64,000 nucleotides of DNA, taken from Chloroflexota bacterium (GTDB taxonomy: Bacteria; Chloroflexota; UBA11872; VXNJ01). Positions 47,124 to 57,034 of the stretch are shown here, piece by piece. Each line of letters starts with the position of its first letter. Within the stretch, counting starts at the first letter, position 1. Location of the stretch: positions 416,001 to 480,000 of the forward strand of contig OZ253449.1 in the NCBI GenBank assembly GCA_965261345.1. Direction: 5' to 3'. The position numbers were made by a program, and so were the translations under genes. The notes beneath the pieces were generated by a model. The model was not told where the DNA came from, did not search any database, and worked only from the letters and a program-made list of their open reading frames with translations.

Positions 47124-48401
47124 TCAAACCGCAATCGGACTGGCCGCCAATAGGCCATCGCCGGACGCGGCCAGCACAACATCGGAGAGGGTTCCCGGGA
47201 TTGGGTTCAGCCCAACCGGCCGGGCCCGCAAATAGTGCTCGGTGAGTCCGATTACCGATCCTGCATGGTCGCGCTCCCAGATCACCCGCGCCTGCCGGCC
47301 CAGGAAACGGGCGGAAAATTCTTCGACCGCCTTTCCGGCGAGCTCAAGCGCCGACCGCATGCGCTGCCGGGAGACCGGTTCGGACACGTGGTCGGTCCGG
47401 CGGTCGGCCAGAGTGCGGGCACGACGCGAGTACGGGAATACATGCAGATAGGCGAATCCCGCCCGGCGGCAGAATTCAAGCGACTGCATGTGGTCGTCCT
47501 CGCTTTCCCCAGGGAAGCCGATCATCAGATCGGTCCCCATTGCGACGTCGGGATTGGCCTCGCGCAACTGTCCGAGCAGAGCCAAATAATCCGTTGGCCG
47601 GTAGGGGCGCCGCATGGCCCGCAGGGTTGTCTCCGACCCCGATTGCAGCGGGATGTGCAGGTGCGGGCAGATTCGGCCGCCGGCAAGCAGTTCGAAGAGC
47701 TCCGGGTCAAAGTCCATCGGTTCAATCGAGGACAGGCGCAATCGCGCTGGGTCGGCAACGTCGGCGGCGGCAGCGATCAACCCGCCCAAGCCGGTGCCGG
47801 TTTTCGGGCAGGCGTAGGATCCCAGCGCGATCCCGGCGATCACGATCTCGCCGGCCCCCCGGGCAACCCAAGCCCGGACCTGATCGAGAACCTGCTCGAG
47901 CGGCGCCGACCGCGGTCCGCCACGCGCCCTCGGTACTATGCAAAACGCGCAGCCGTGGCGACAACCTTCTTGAACCTTGATCGTTGGACGGGTGCGTCGA
48001 TGTTCGCCAAATCCAGCCAGCGGCGGGTCAAACCCTTCGCGCCAGGTGCCAAGCCGGGCGACGATCGCTTCGGCCAGCCGCGCCGGTGCGATCTTGCCCA
48101 TAACTCGGGCCCTGGGAAAAACGGATTCGAGCTCTTTAGGGGACGTTGCCGCATAGCAGCCGGTGATTACCAATTCGGCTTCGGGGTTCATGCGCAATGC
48201 ACGCGAGATCGCCTGCCGCGACTTGCGATCGGCCACGTGGGTTACGGTGCAGGTGTTAACGATCACGACATCGGCGCTGTCCCCGAATCGCACCATCTCC
48301 AAACCGGCGGCGGCCAGGCAGCGGGCAATCTCGTCGCTGTCGGCCTGATTTACGCGACAGCCAAGGGTCTTGAGGCCGAAGGTAGGCGCCGGCCTAGCCA
48401 T
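47124..48401 (-). CDS. mtaB: tRNA t6A37 methylthiotransferase (MtaB-like radical SAM)
   Basis: TLGCRVNQADS, NTCTVT, TGC, CRHGCAFC, RLSSIEP and HVFPYS. Downstream of prmA; start at ATG 48401. Confidence 0.88.
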   Translation of the reverse strand: MARPAPTFGLKTLGCRVNQADSDEIARCLAAAGLEMVRFGDSADVVIVNTCTVTHVADRKSRQAISRALRMNPEAELVITGCYAATSPKELESVFPRARVMGKIAPARLAEAIVARLGTWREGFDPPLAGFGEHRRTRPTIKVQEGCRHGCAFCIVPRARGGPRSAPLEQVLDQVRAWVARGAGEIVIAGIALGSYACPKTGTGLGGLIAAAADVADPARLRLSSIEPMDFDPELFELLAGGRICPHLHIPLQSGSETTLRAMRRPYRPTDYLALLGQLREANPDVAMGTDLMIGFPGESEDDHMQSLEFCRRAGFAYLHVFPYSRRARTLADRRTDHVSEPVSRQRMRSALELAGKAVEEFSARFLGRQARVIWERDHAGSVIGLTEHYLRARPVGLNPIPGTLSDVVLAASGDGLLAASPIAV

Positions 48402-49332
48402 TGGTCGGTTCGGCGGCGCAACCTGGGCGGGAACATTCGACGGTGAGCCATTCGCTCTCGCCGGTGGTGGCCAACACATCCAAGCCGGCAGCGGCACACT
48501 GGCGAGCCAATCCAGCCCACCGCGGTTGATAAATCCCACCCAGCACGATCCGGCCGGCCGCGGCCTGCGCATAGAGTGGGAGCATCTCCGCGTGGGCGGC
48601 GGCGGTGATATTTGCCAATACCAGATCGAACCGCCCGAATCGTTCCAGCAATTGGGCCGACAGTCCGGCCGGGGCAAAAATGATCGCCTCGGCGCAGCGA
48701 TTGCGTTCGGCATTGCTCCTGGCCACCGCGACTGCCTCCCGATCAATGTCAATTGCCACCACCTCGGCGGCCCCCAGCTTGGTAGCGGCGACGGCCAGCA
48801 CGCCGCTGCCGGTGCCAACGTCCAACACCCGCTTGCCATTCATTGGGATGGATTGCAACCGGCTTAGCACGCCCCTAGTTGAAGGATGGAGGCCAGACCC
48901 AAAGGCCCCACCGGCGGCAATTTCCAACTCCAAGAAGCTGCCCGCGCCAGCGATCGGAACCGGCGTGGTTCCGGCCGGAATAATCCGGATCCTACCAACC
49001 GTAATCGGGCGCGCGTACCGCGCCTCCACAGAAAGCCATTGCTCGCGGGTCGTATCAGAAACCTGAGCCGCTCGCAACTCGGGCACGTTAAGTCCGGCCG
49101 CCATCCAGAGATCGGCGACCAGTGCTTCAGCCTGGCCCGCGGCCTCCGTTCCGCCGTCGAACCAGGCGGTGATCTGGCAACTTCCGGTCAGATTGCTCTC
49201 ATCCGGCGGCTCGGCAAGATATTCGTCTTCGACGGCCACCGCGTTGCCGGCCCGGCGCTGCATCAACAGGCGCACATCCTCGGCCAGGGCCGCCGGGACC
49301 CGGACCCGGACCTGCCGCCAAGCCTGGCTCAT
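48394..49332 (-). CDS. prmA: Ribosomal protein L11 methyltransferase
   Basis: AFGSGLHPST, VLDVGTGSGVLA, DID and ANI. Follows dnaJ. Confidence 0.9.
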   Translation of the reverse strand: MSQAWRQVRVRVPAALAEDVRLLMQRRAGNAVAVEDEYLAEPPDESNLTGSCQITAWFDGGTEAAGQAEALVADLWMAAGLNVPELRAAQVSDTTREQWLSVEARYARPITVGRIRIIPAGTTPVPIAGAGSFLELEIAAGGAFGSGLHPSTRGVLSRLQSIPMNGKRVLDVGTGSGVLAVAATKLGAAEVVAIDIDREAVAVARSNAERNRCAEAIIFAPAGLSAQLLERFGRFDLVLANITAAAHAEMLPLYAQAAAGRIVLGGIYQPRWAGLARQCAAAGLDVLATTGESEWLTVECSRPGCAAEPTNG

Positions 49333-50426
49333 CGAATTGCTCCGCGCAGGCGATCACCCAATCCGATTGCCTTGCCATTGTCCAGTTCGGCCAGCCGCTT
49401 ATACAAGCGCCGCTGATCGCCACTTAATTTTTTGGGTATCTGCACCCGCGCGACAACATAATGGTCTCCACGCCGCTGTCCACGCGGTCCCGGCGCACCC
49501 CGCCCGGCCAATCGGATTGAATCACCCGGCTGGGTGCCAGCACCGAATTTGACTTCATGCGTGCCGTCTACGGTTTCCACTTCGACCTTGACTCCCAGCA
49601 CCGCTTCGGCGACGCTGAGGAGGACTTCCGATTGAAGTTGACGCCCGTGCCGGGAAATCGTCGGGTGGTCTTCAACGGCAACGATCAGGTAGAGGTCGCC
49701 CGGCGGCCCGCCATTGATTCCACTGTCGCCCTGACCCGAAACACGGATCTCGGTGCCGTTGTCGACCCCGCCCGGGATATTTACTTCAAGCGCGCGGGTG
49801 CGTTCGGTCAATCCCGCGGCCGAGCAGGTCGAGCAGGGGCGCTCGGCGATCTTGCCGGCCCCGCCGCAATGGCGACAACTCGTAATGTTTACGAACTGGC
49901 CAAGAATCGACCGGGTCGCGGTCCGCAACTCGCCCGAACCGCCGCAATCAGGGCAAGTTACCAACTCGCTACCGCGGTCCAGTCCGCTGCCCTGGCAATC
50001 GTCGCAGAGTTCCTGTCGCTCAACCGAAATCGAAACTTTCCGCCCATGGATGGCGGCGAGGAATTCAAGGTCGATGCGCTGCTGCAGGTCGCGCCCACGC
50101 TGCGGGGCGTCGGCGCGACGGCCGCCGCGGCCAAAGAAGACGTCGAAAATGTCACCGAAACCCGGGATGTCAACCCCAGCGACTCCGCGGGAGGCGCCGG
50201 ACTGCAAGCCCCTCCAACCGAACTGGTCGTAGCGCTGGCGCTTTTCCGGATCCTTTAGGACGTCATAGGCGCCCTGGATCTCCTTGAAAGCCTCTTCGGA
50301 ACCCGGCTCGCGGTTTACATCGGGGTGGTGTTTGCGAGCCAGGCCCCGGTAGGCCCGCGAGACCTCCTTGGGCGCGGCGTTGCGCTCAAGCCCAAGGACT
50401 TCGTAGGGATCACGCGGTGCGGCCAT
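49329..50426 (-). CDS. dnaJ: Chaperone DnaJ, class A with four CxxCxGxG-type repeats
   Basis: J domain with HPD, DIF motif and the repeats CDDCQGSG, CPDCGGSG, CRHCGGAG and CSTCSAAG. Confidence 0.96.
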   Translation of the reverse strand: MAAPRDPYEVLGLERNAAPKEVSRAYRGLARKHHPDVNREPGSEEAFKEIQGAYDVLKDPEKRQRYDQFGWRGLQSGASRGVAGVDIPGFGDIFDVFFGRGGRRADAPQRGRDLQQRIDLEFLAAIHGRKVSISVERQELCDDCQGSGLDRGSELVTCPDCGGSGELRTATRSILGQFVNITSCRHCGGAGKIAERPCSTCSAAGLTERTRALEVNIPGGVDNGTEIRVSGQGDSGINGGPPGDLYLIVAVEDHPTISRHGRQLQSEVLLSVAEAVLGVKVEVETVDGTHEVKFGAGTQPGDSIRLAGRGAPGPRGQRRGDHYVVARVQIPKKLSGDQRRLYKRLAELDNGKAIGLGDRLRGAIR

Positions 50427-51064
50427 CAATCTGCCTTCGCGGGCCCTTCGACATCAGCCTCAGCGGCGTCGATCGGCGCTTGACAACCCGGTTCGTCAGA
50501 ATCGTCCTCGCACGATTGGGGGTTGGCGCCAACCCGAACCAAGGCCGGTCGGATCACCCGTTCGCCAATCTTGTAACCGGTCTGATACTGGCGGACAACG
50601 TAATTTGGGGTTTCGGACCCGTCGGTATCGACGGCTTGGTGAAACGCTGGGTCGAACCGATTGCCCTCGGCGGCAATCGGTTCGACCGAGTGCGAGGAAA
50701 GCAGCATTCCGAAGTACTGCCGGGTCAATACCAATCCCTCAAGGAAAGAAAAACCGGTTAGTTCGGGCGGGACCGAGGCCAGCGCCCGGTCGAGATGATC
50801 AATCGCCGAAAGCAGGTCACCGGCAAAACCTGCGATCGCAAATCGCGCGGTCTCCTCGACCCGTTGGTTCGAGCGTCGCTTGAGATTGGCAAGATCGGCC
50901 TGGGCGCGCGTCAACCGCGTCAGCAAATCATCAATGCGGTCCTGCAGGGCCTGGCTCGGACCATCGGATTGGTCCGTCGTCGTGACTGGCGGCTCGGACG
51001 CGGGTGCTTGTTCAGGCAACTTTCTAGACGGCTCCTGCTGCAATTGGATACGGTGTCGGATCAA
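50426..51064 (-). CDS. grpE: Nucleotide exchange factor GrpE (copy 1)
   Basis: RAQADLANLKRR, DHLDRAL, FDPAFHQAV and GYKIGERVIRPALV. Start uncertain. Confidence 0.92.
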   Translation of the reverse strand: MIRHRIQLQQEPSRKLPEQAPASEPPVTTTDQSDGPSQALQDRIDDLLTRLTRAQADLANLKRRSNQRVEETARFAIAGFAGDLLSAIDHLDRALASVPPELTGFSFLEGLVLTRQYFGMLLSSHSVEPIAAEGNRFDPAFHQAVDTDGSETPNYVVRQYQTGYKIGERVIRPALVRVGANPQSCEDDSDEPGCQAPIDAAEADVEGPAKAD

Positions 51065-51157
51065 TCCCGACTTGTCGGCAATCCGTTGCTGCGCGACAAA
51101 TTGCTTGCCGAATATACGCAGTCTGCAAGTTCAACGGTGGGCAACCCGATCCAAACT

Positions 51158-53344
51158 TCAGGCGAGCACCCAGACAACTCCGGAAGCGCCGAGCACAACC
51201 AGTTGATTGCCGCGCAGCGCCAGCGATCGCGGGGCCGGAATTGAAGCCGCCACCAGCCCATTGTCCGGATCGGTTGAATCTATCAGGGTTTGCCGCCCGG
51301 ATGGGGCGATCTGATCCAGGCGGCCGACAGATTCGCCAGCCACGTATATGGTCCCGCCCTCGGCTATTGCCATCCCTCCTGCATCTTCCACATCTTCAGC
51401 AACGACCTGGATCAGGCCATCCGCCGGCGAGACCGCAAGTATCCGACCGCTGCCGTTTTCAGAAATGTAAATGAGGCCCTCGCCGCCAACGGCCACCGCC
51501 GCAGGGTTGGCCAACGTGGTGTTCAGGGCCGATTGACCGACCCCGGCAGGTCCATACTCTCCATTGCCGGCAAACAGCGAAATCTGGCCGGTCGGGTCGA
51601 GTCGCGCAATCCGATTAACCGCAGAATCGGCAATATAGATTGCCCCGCCAGCGTCCACTGCCATCCCGGCCACGTCGAAGAGGCTGATCGAGATGGCGGG
51701 TCCACCATCGCCCACGTCACCGGGCCGGCCATTACCGGCAATGGTTGAAATCACCCCGCAGGGGTCGATTTGTCGGATTCGAAAATTCCCGGCGTCAAAA
51801 AAATAAACATTGCCGACGGCATCGGCCAGCACCGTTTTAGGCGACGAGAGCACGGCAAACGTCGCCAAGCCGCCATCCCCGCGAAAGGCCGCCTCGCCAG
51901 ATCCGGCAACGGTTTCCACAATCCCGCCGGCAACGCGGCGAATTCGGTTGTTACCGGTGTCGGCGATATACAACCCGGAGGGACCGATGGCGATCGAATC
52001 AGGCCCGGCAAAGTTGGCGGCGGCGACCGGCAGCCCGTCGCCGCCGAATCCGAACCCGGTCCGTCCGAACCACTCGATCGCTCCAATTGAATTGCCCGTC
52101 AATCCAGGCTGGAACGGGAGCGGGCTCGGATCAGCCCGGCAGTTCGCACTACCCTCGTCGGGCCCGACGGAGGCCAGCCGATCAACCCGGCCGGTGAGTT
52201 GGCCAAGCAAGTAGATCGCCCCGTCCGGCCCCAGGGCTATGTCGATCGGACGATCCAATTGCGCCTCACGGGCCGGATCGCCAGCGATTGCCGGTCCGGC
52301 GGTGGCTAGACCGGCATAAGTGTGTATTAGGCCCTCGGGCGTAATTACGCGAATCGCGGCGTTGTTCCAATCCGCCACGTACAGGTATCCGCCGGCATCG
52401 ATGTCGACGGCGCGGGGAGCGTTCAGTTGGGCCGCGACAGCCGGTCCGCCATCGCCGCTGCGGCCCGGCAAACCGGTTCCGGCGATTGTCGAAACGATTC
52501 CGTCTGGGTCGATCCGACGGATAACGTGTCCATCCTGCTCGGTCAAAAAAATCGATCCGTCAGGACCTATCACCAGATCCGACGGCCGATCGAACGACGC
52601 TGCCAGGGCCGACCCTCCGTCACCACCGGAACCACGTGCGCCGGTGCCGGCGTAGGTTGTAACCGCGCCACTGCGATCGACGCGACGCACGCGGTTGTTG
52701 CCGCGGTCGGCAACGTACAGATTGCCCGAACCGTCGAGCGCCAGCCCGGCGATCCCGTTGAACTGGGCTACTCCCAGCCCTTCCGGATCATCGGCCAACC
52801 CCGGCTGCTCCAGACCCGCCAGCAATGAAATGTACCCGTCGGTCGAAATATGGCGAATCTGCGAGCGCGACGCAAAAAATATCCCGTAACGGGAATGTGC
52901 CGCCAAACGGCCGGGATCGAGCAGCCCTGACTGGGTAGCCGGGCCGTCGCTGCCGCTCGTTCGAGTGCCGTTTCCGGCGATCACTTCAAGCCGTCCATCG
53001 CGGCCGATCTGGACGATCCGTGAAAGGGTTTGATCGCTGATATAGGTGCTTCCCAGCTCATCGACCGCGATCCCGGCCAGATGGAGCGGAATTCCGACTC
53101 CGGATTCGTCGCCGTGCGCAGCGGCAAACTCAGTCACATGCTCAAATATTGGGTTGCCTAAGGGATGCCGAAAGGCGGTCCGCGGGGCCGGGGCCGGGGC
53201 CGGGGCGATCACCTCTGGGATCGGTTCGACCACCGTCGGTCTGGGCGGTTCGATTGGTGCGGGGGAAGTTCCACAACCGCCAACCAGTCCGGCCAGGATC
53301 AGCGCCAAGCCGACTCCAAGGCACAACCTCAACCGGCGGCTCAA
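51158..53344 (-). CDS. NHL-repeat (teneurin-like) beta-propeller lipoprotein
   Basis: Signal peptide ending LVGGC and a Pro-rich linker, followed by roughly 10-12 repeats of GDGGxA..P..(I/V)A(V/I)D..G.xY(I/V)AD..N.RIR. Confidence 0.9.
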   Translation of the reverse strand: MSRRLRLCLGVGLALILAGLVGGCGTSPAPIEPPRPTVVEPIPEVIAPAPAPAPRTAFRHPLGNPIFEHVTEFAAAHGDESGVGIPLHLAGIAVDELGSTYISDQTLSRIVQIGRDGRLEVIAGNGTRTSGSDGPATQSGLLDPGRLAAHSRYGIFFASRSQIRHISTDGYISLLAGLEQPGLADDPEGLGVAQFNGIAGLALDGSGNLYVADRGNNRVRRVDRSGAVTTYAGTGARGSGGDGGSALAASFDRPSDLVIGPDGSIFLTEQDGHVIRRIDPDGIVSTIAGTGLPGRSGDGGPAVAAQLNAPRAVDIDAGGYLYVADWNNAAIRVITPEGLIHTYAGLATAGPAIAGDPAREAQLDRPIDIALGPDGAIYLLGQLTGRVDRLASVGPDEGSANCRADPSPLPFQPGLTGNSIGAIEWFGRTGFGFGGDGLPVAAANFAGPDSIAIGPSGLYIADTGNNRIRRVAGGIVETVAGSGEAAFRGDGGLATFAVLSSPKTVLADAVGNVYFFDAGNFRIRQIDPCGVISTIAGNGRPGDVGDGGPAISISLFDVAGMAVDAGGAIYIADSAVNRIARLDPTGQISLFAGNGEYGPAGVGQSALNTTLANPAAVAVGGEGLIYISENGSGRILAVSPADGLIQVVAEDVEDAGGMAIAEGGTIYVAGESVGRLDQIAPSGRQTLIDSTDPDNGLVAASIPAPRSLALRGNQLVVLGASGVVWVLA
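53183..53206. repeat. (CGGGGC)4 in-frame hexamer tandem encoding APAPAPAP
   Basis: Read directly in the linker of the NHL lipoprotein. Confidence 0.8.
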
Positions 53345-53679
53345 TTTCCGCTGGCGGCACCGCCGGCGTCGGCTAGATTTTCAACCTCGGCTTCAGACAG
53401 CAGACGCCCGCCCTCAACCTTGGACTCAATCAGCTGCCTGCGCGAATCAAACTCAAGCCACACCCGGGCTGGGCGGAAAGTTTTTTGTCCCATGACCTGC
53501 TTGGCGCAGACGTAGTGGGTGGGGGTATCGTGCGACGACCCGGGCGCAAATTCCTGGGTCAAATCGTTATTTACGTCTACCCGCAGCTTGATCACTTCGT
53601 GGCTGCGATCCAACTCGACGTGGATGTAGAGGCCGTCGTCGCGTTGCGGTGAACCAAAAAAACCCAAGCGCCTGCTCAT
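53341..53679 (-). CDS. Hypothetical 112-aa protein coupled to the NHL lipoprotein
   Basis: ATG start, protein-like composition and a 4-nt overlap with the downstream gene. Confidence 0.75.
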   Translation of the reverse strand: MSRRLGFFGSPQRDDGLYIHVELDRSHEVIKLRVDVNNDLTQEFAPGSSHDTPTHYVCAKQVMGQKTFRPARVWLEFDSRRQLIESKVEGGRLLSEAEVENLADAGGAASGN

Positions 53680-53789
53680 TTCGGCAATTGCGAGGTAACG
53701 CCCGCTAGCGGGACCGCCGTTTCGCGCCTAACATTAAATTTTGCCGCAAAATCGCCGGCTCACCGAAACCCACAACAGTTACATCACCG

Positions 53790-55166
53790 ATGGCTATCGC
53801 CTTACCCAGGCCCTCAAAGGCCCCTCCGGATACCGCCCCAACCGCCGCCGGGCGGCATCGTTTCTATATCTGGACCGCCGGGTGCCAGATGAACAAGGAC
53901 GATTCCGAACGCATCGCGCGAGCGTTGGTTACCGCCGGACACGTGCCGGTTTCGCATCCCGACCGCGCGTCATTCGTAATCCTTAACGGATGCAGCGTTC
54001 GCGACAATTCGGACCGCAAGACCTTCGGTCGAATCGGTGCTCTGGCGGCCCGCAAACGCCGGCAATCCGGTCTGCAGGTAGCCCTGACCGGTTGCACAGT
54101 CCGCGCCACGCAAGCCGAATTGGCTCCCCATGCGCCCAAACTGGATCTGATATTTGATTCGAACCAGGTTGATGAGCTGCTCGAGCATATGTCCACCCGC
54201 CCCGGGCCGGTGGTCGACGACTGGGAAGATTACTCGCCGCAGGATCTGCCCGGCTTTGGCAGCCCCGCCCGCTACGTAACCATCATCTACGGTTGCTCCA
54301 AAAGGTGCACCTTTTGCATAGTGCCCTTCCGACGCGGTGGCGAGCGATCGCGGGCACCAGATCAAATCGAGGCCGAAATGATGGCCAAGGCGGCCGAAGG
54401 CGCGGTCGAGATAACCCTGCTCGGTCAGATCGTCAACCGCTATGGGCGGGACCTAGCCGAGGGAATCGACCTGGCTGGCCTGCTCACTCGGCTGGATCGA
54501 CAAGCGATCGTTCCGCGGCTGCGGTTTCTTACCGCCCATCCGCGTCATTTCGACCGCTCCCTGGCCGAGGCGATGGCCGCCTGCCCGACCGTGCTCGAGG
54601 AGATCAACCTGCCGGTGCAATCGGGCGACGACCAAGTCCTGCGCCGGATGGGCCGGGGTTACGACTCCGCTTGGTATCTGGAAATGATCGCGATGTTGCG
54701 CGCCACCGTCCCCCGTGTATCCATCTCAACTGACGTGATCACTGGATTCCCGGGCGAGACCGAGGAGCAGTTTAAGGCGACCTTGCGCCTACTGGAGCAG
54801 GTCGAATTTGACGTCGTCCACATCGCCGCGTTCTCTCCGCGGATTGGTACCGTGGCCGATCGCTGGGGCGACGATATCGACCCTGCCGTCAAGATGGAGC
54901 GGCTGCACCGTTGCGAAGATTTGCAGGCCCGGATCGCCCGGTCGATCAATGACCGCCTGGTGGGTTCAATCCAGCAAGTGTTATTTGAGGAACTTCAGCC
55001 CGAGCGCGCTTTGGGCGCCGGTCCGCGCTGGATGGGCCGAACCCGCGGCAACAAGCTGGTATTTTGCCCCGGCGACGAAGAGATTAGCGTCGGTGCAATC
55101 ATGGACACTGAAATCACCGACGCCACCGCCTGGTCCCTGCGCGGTGCGATCCGGAGAAACGCCTAA
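53790..55166 (+). CDS. miaB: tRNA i6A37 methylthiotransferase
   Basis: GCQMNKDDSE, NGCSVR, CSKRCTFC, RGGERSR, LPVQSG and a C-terminal TRAM domain (GRTRGNK). Confidence 0.93.
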   Translation: MAIALPRPSKAPPDTAPTAAGRHRFYIWTAGCQMNKDDSERIARALVTAGHVPVSHPDRASFVILNGCSVRDNSDRKTFGRIGALAARKRRQSGLQVALTGCTVRATQAELAPHAPKLDLIFDSNQVDELLEHMSTRPGPVVDDWEDYSPQDLPGFGSPARYVTIIYGCSKRCTFCIVPFRRGGERSRAPDQIEAEMMAKAAEGAVEITLLGQIVNRYGRDLAEGIDLAGLLTRLDRQAIVPRLRFLTAHPRHFDRSLAEAMAACPTVLEEINLPVQSGDDQVLRRMGRGYDSAWYLEMIAMLRATVPRVSISTDVITGFPGETEEQFKATLRLLEQVEFDVVHIAAFSPRIGTVADRWGDDIDPAVKMERLHRCEDLQARIARSINDRLVGSIQQVLFEELQPERALGAGPRWMGRTRGNKLVFCPGDEEISVGAIMDTEITDATAWSLRGAIRRNA

Positions 55167-55199
55167 ATCAGACCCCGCGGGCCGAAAATCACCCGCCGG

Positions 55200-56966
55200 T
55201 TGCTCCTGCTAGCCGGTGGTGCCTGGGCACTTGCAGGATGCCAGGCCGCGGCCACCGTCCCGGATCCGATCCAGCTGGTTAGGCCCTACTGGCGACCCGC
55301 CTTGCAGGGTGCGGCGGAGGCGATAGAGCTGCTGCGATTGATGGAAGCCAACACCCGTTCGATCGCCGCCGGATTGATATCACTGCGGCAGTATGCCCTG
55401 GCCGCGAGCCGCTATGGCCAGGCCGCCAGCGCGATCGGCCACTCCCTGGCCCAACTTGAACCGCCGCCGAGTGCAACCGCCGCCCACCGGCTGCTGCTGG
55501 CCGGCGCCGACGGAATTGTGAGGGTGGTGGCTGGATTGACCGCATTTTTGGAGGACGAGGATCTGCGTCGGGTTGTCACCGCGGTAAAAACTTTGAGCCA
55601 GATCCGAACCGACCTCTTTGATTTCGTGGCCGCTATCGAAGATCGCAACTCGCAGCTGGCGATGAATGAGCAACTCTCGGTGCTAGGAGATATCCAATTC
55701 CATCCCGAAACTGTTACCGTTTTCATGGTTCTGGTTGGCGAATTCCTCTCCACGGTAGACGTTCGGGCCCGCCTTGCGCGTTTTCAGCCGGATGCCGAGT
55801 TGTCTTCGCGCTATCCGGGCTGGGCCGAGGTCGGCCGTTTCGGCGCCGCGGCAGACGCCAATTTGTCCGCCGAATTGTGGGACGAGCGCGGGTTCCGGGT
55901 CCGCATTGAGCTCGGCCCCGATATTGCCGTTGGCGTCACCGTTGACCGCGCACCTCTAACCAACCGCAGTTGGCGCGAACTCATCTGGTTCAACGATCTG
56001 CCGTTCTCGGCGGTTGCGGCGGCCGCCGATCACAGCGGCAGTACGGTGGCCGTGATTTCACGATCCGGCCAGATTGTCGCCATCAATGGCGTCGGTGAAC
56101 TGGTCTGGCAACGCGACCTAAATTTCCCAGCCGACGGAGTGGCGATCGACTCCGACGGGTCCACCACCGTGGGTTACGGGTTTTTCCTGGCCCCGCTGGA
56201 CTCGACCGGGGAACCTCTTTGGTCGCAGATAAAGGATCAGCCCGACAATCAGATCATTGAGAGCATCGCTTTTGCCGACGATGGTCTGATGCTGGTTCGC
56301 ACCAGCAACAATCGAAATGAGGGCGGTGCCTTCATCCATCGTCAGGACGGACGCCGCTGGCGGCTTGACGCCGGTCCGTATCCCGATGGCGTTGGATCGG
56401 CAAAGGTTTCGTCGGCGGGCTCCCACCTGGCAGTCGCAAATTTCAATCCTCGCCAGGACCCGGTTGTGGCGATCTACGGCGTGGAGGACCAGGTAACTAG
56501 CGAAATCGCGGTGTTTAAGGCGAGCTCGCCAATTACGGCGCTGGAAATCTCGGTCGACGGTTCGCGGGTGGTTATGGCGACTGAATACGGCCTGGAGATT
56601 TACTCGGCCCGCGACGGGACGTTACTTTATCGCGCACCGCTGCCAATATTGGGTCTGCGGATCGATCCGCTCGGGCGGATCGCCTACGTTAGCACTCCGT
56701 CCGGACTGAAGGCTTACGGCCTGGATGGCCAGTTGGTCTGGAGCAACTCTGACTTTGCCCCGTTGCGGTTCGAGGTGTCGGCCAACTACCTGGCGGCAAT
56801 TACCGCCCCGACCAGCGTGAGTGTGCTGACCGCCACCGGATCGCATATCGGCGACGCCACCACCCTCGCGCCGATCTCGGCAATCGCCATGGCCCGCAAC
56901 GCCGACATCCTCTATGCCGCAAGCGCCGAACAGCGCCTGCAGGCCTGGCGCCTGCCTCCGTCATAA
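55200..56966 (+). CDS. Hypothetical lipoprotein: helical N-terminal region plus C-terminal PQQ/WD40-like beta-propeller
   Basis: Lipobox LAGC and propeller-like repeats (GELVWQ, GEPLWS, DGTLLY, DGQLVWS). The true start may lie upstream (see findings). Confidence 0.75.
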   Translation: MLLLAGGAWALAGCQAAATVPDPIQLVRPYWRPALQGAAEAIELLRLMEANTRSIAAGLISLRQYALAASRYGQAASAIGHSLAQLEPPPSATAAHRLLLAGADGIVRVVAGLTAFLEDEDLRRVVTAVKTLSQIRTDLFDFVAAIEDRNSQLAMNEQLSVLGDIQFHPETVTVFMVLVGEFLSTVDVRARLARFQPDAELSSRYPGWAEVGRFGAAADANLSAELWDERGFRVRIELGPDIAVGVTVDRAPLTNRSWRELIWFNDLPFSAVAAAADHSGSTVAVISRSGQIVAINGVGELVWQRDLNFPADGVAIDSDGSTTVGYGFFLAPLDSTGEPLWSQIKDQPDNQIIESIAFADDGLMLVRTSNNRNEGGAFIHRQDGRRWRLDAGPYPDGVGSAKVSSAGSHLAVANFNPRQDPVVAIYGVEDQVTSEIAVFKASSPITALEISVDGSRVVMATEYGLEIYSARDGTLLYRAPLPILGLRIDPLGRIAYVSTPSGLKAYGLDGQLVWSNSDFAPLRFEVSANYLAAITAPTSVSVLTATGSHIGDATTLAPISAIAMARNADILYAASAEQRLQAWRLPPS

Positions 56967-57034
56967 CCCGCAACAACCGTCGACCCGGGCGATCGTGCCC
57001 GGTCGCCGAAATCAAACTCGAAAGGATCCAATCG

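Noticed and set aside
53330-53679. Two adjacent genes both starting MSRRL
   Set aside because: The codons differ (ATGAGCAGGCGCTTG vs TTGAGCCGCCGGTTG), so coincidence is more likely than duplication.
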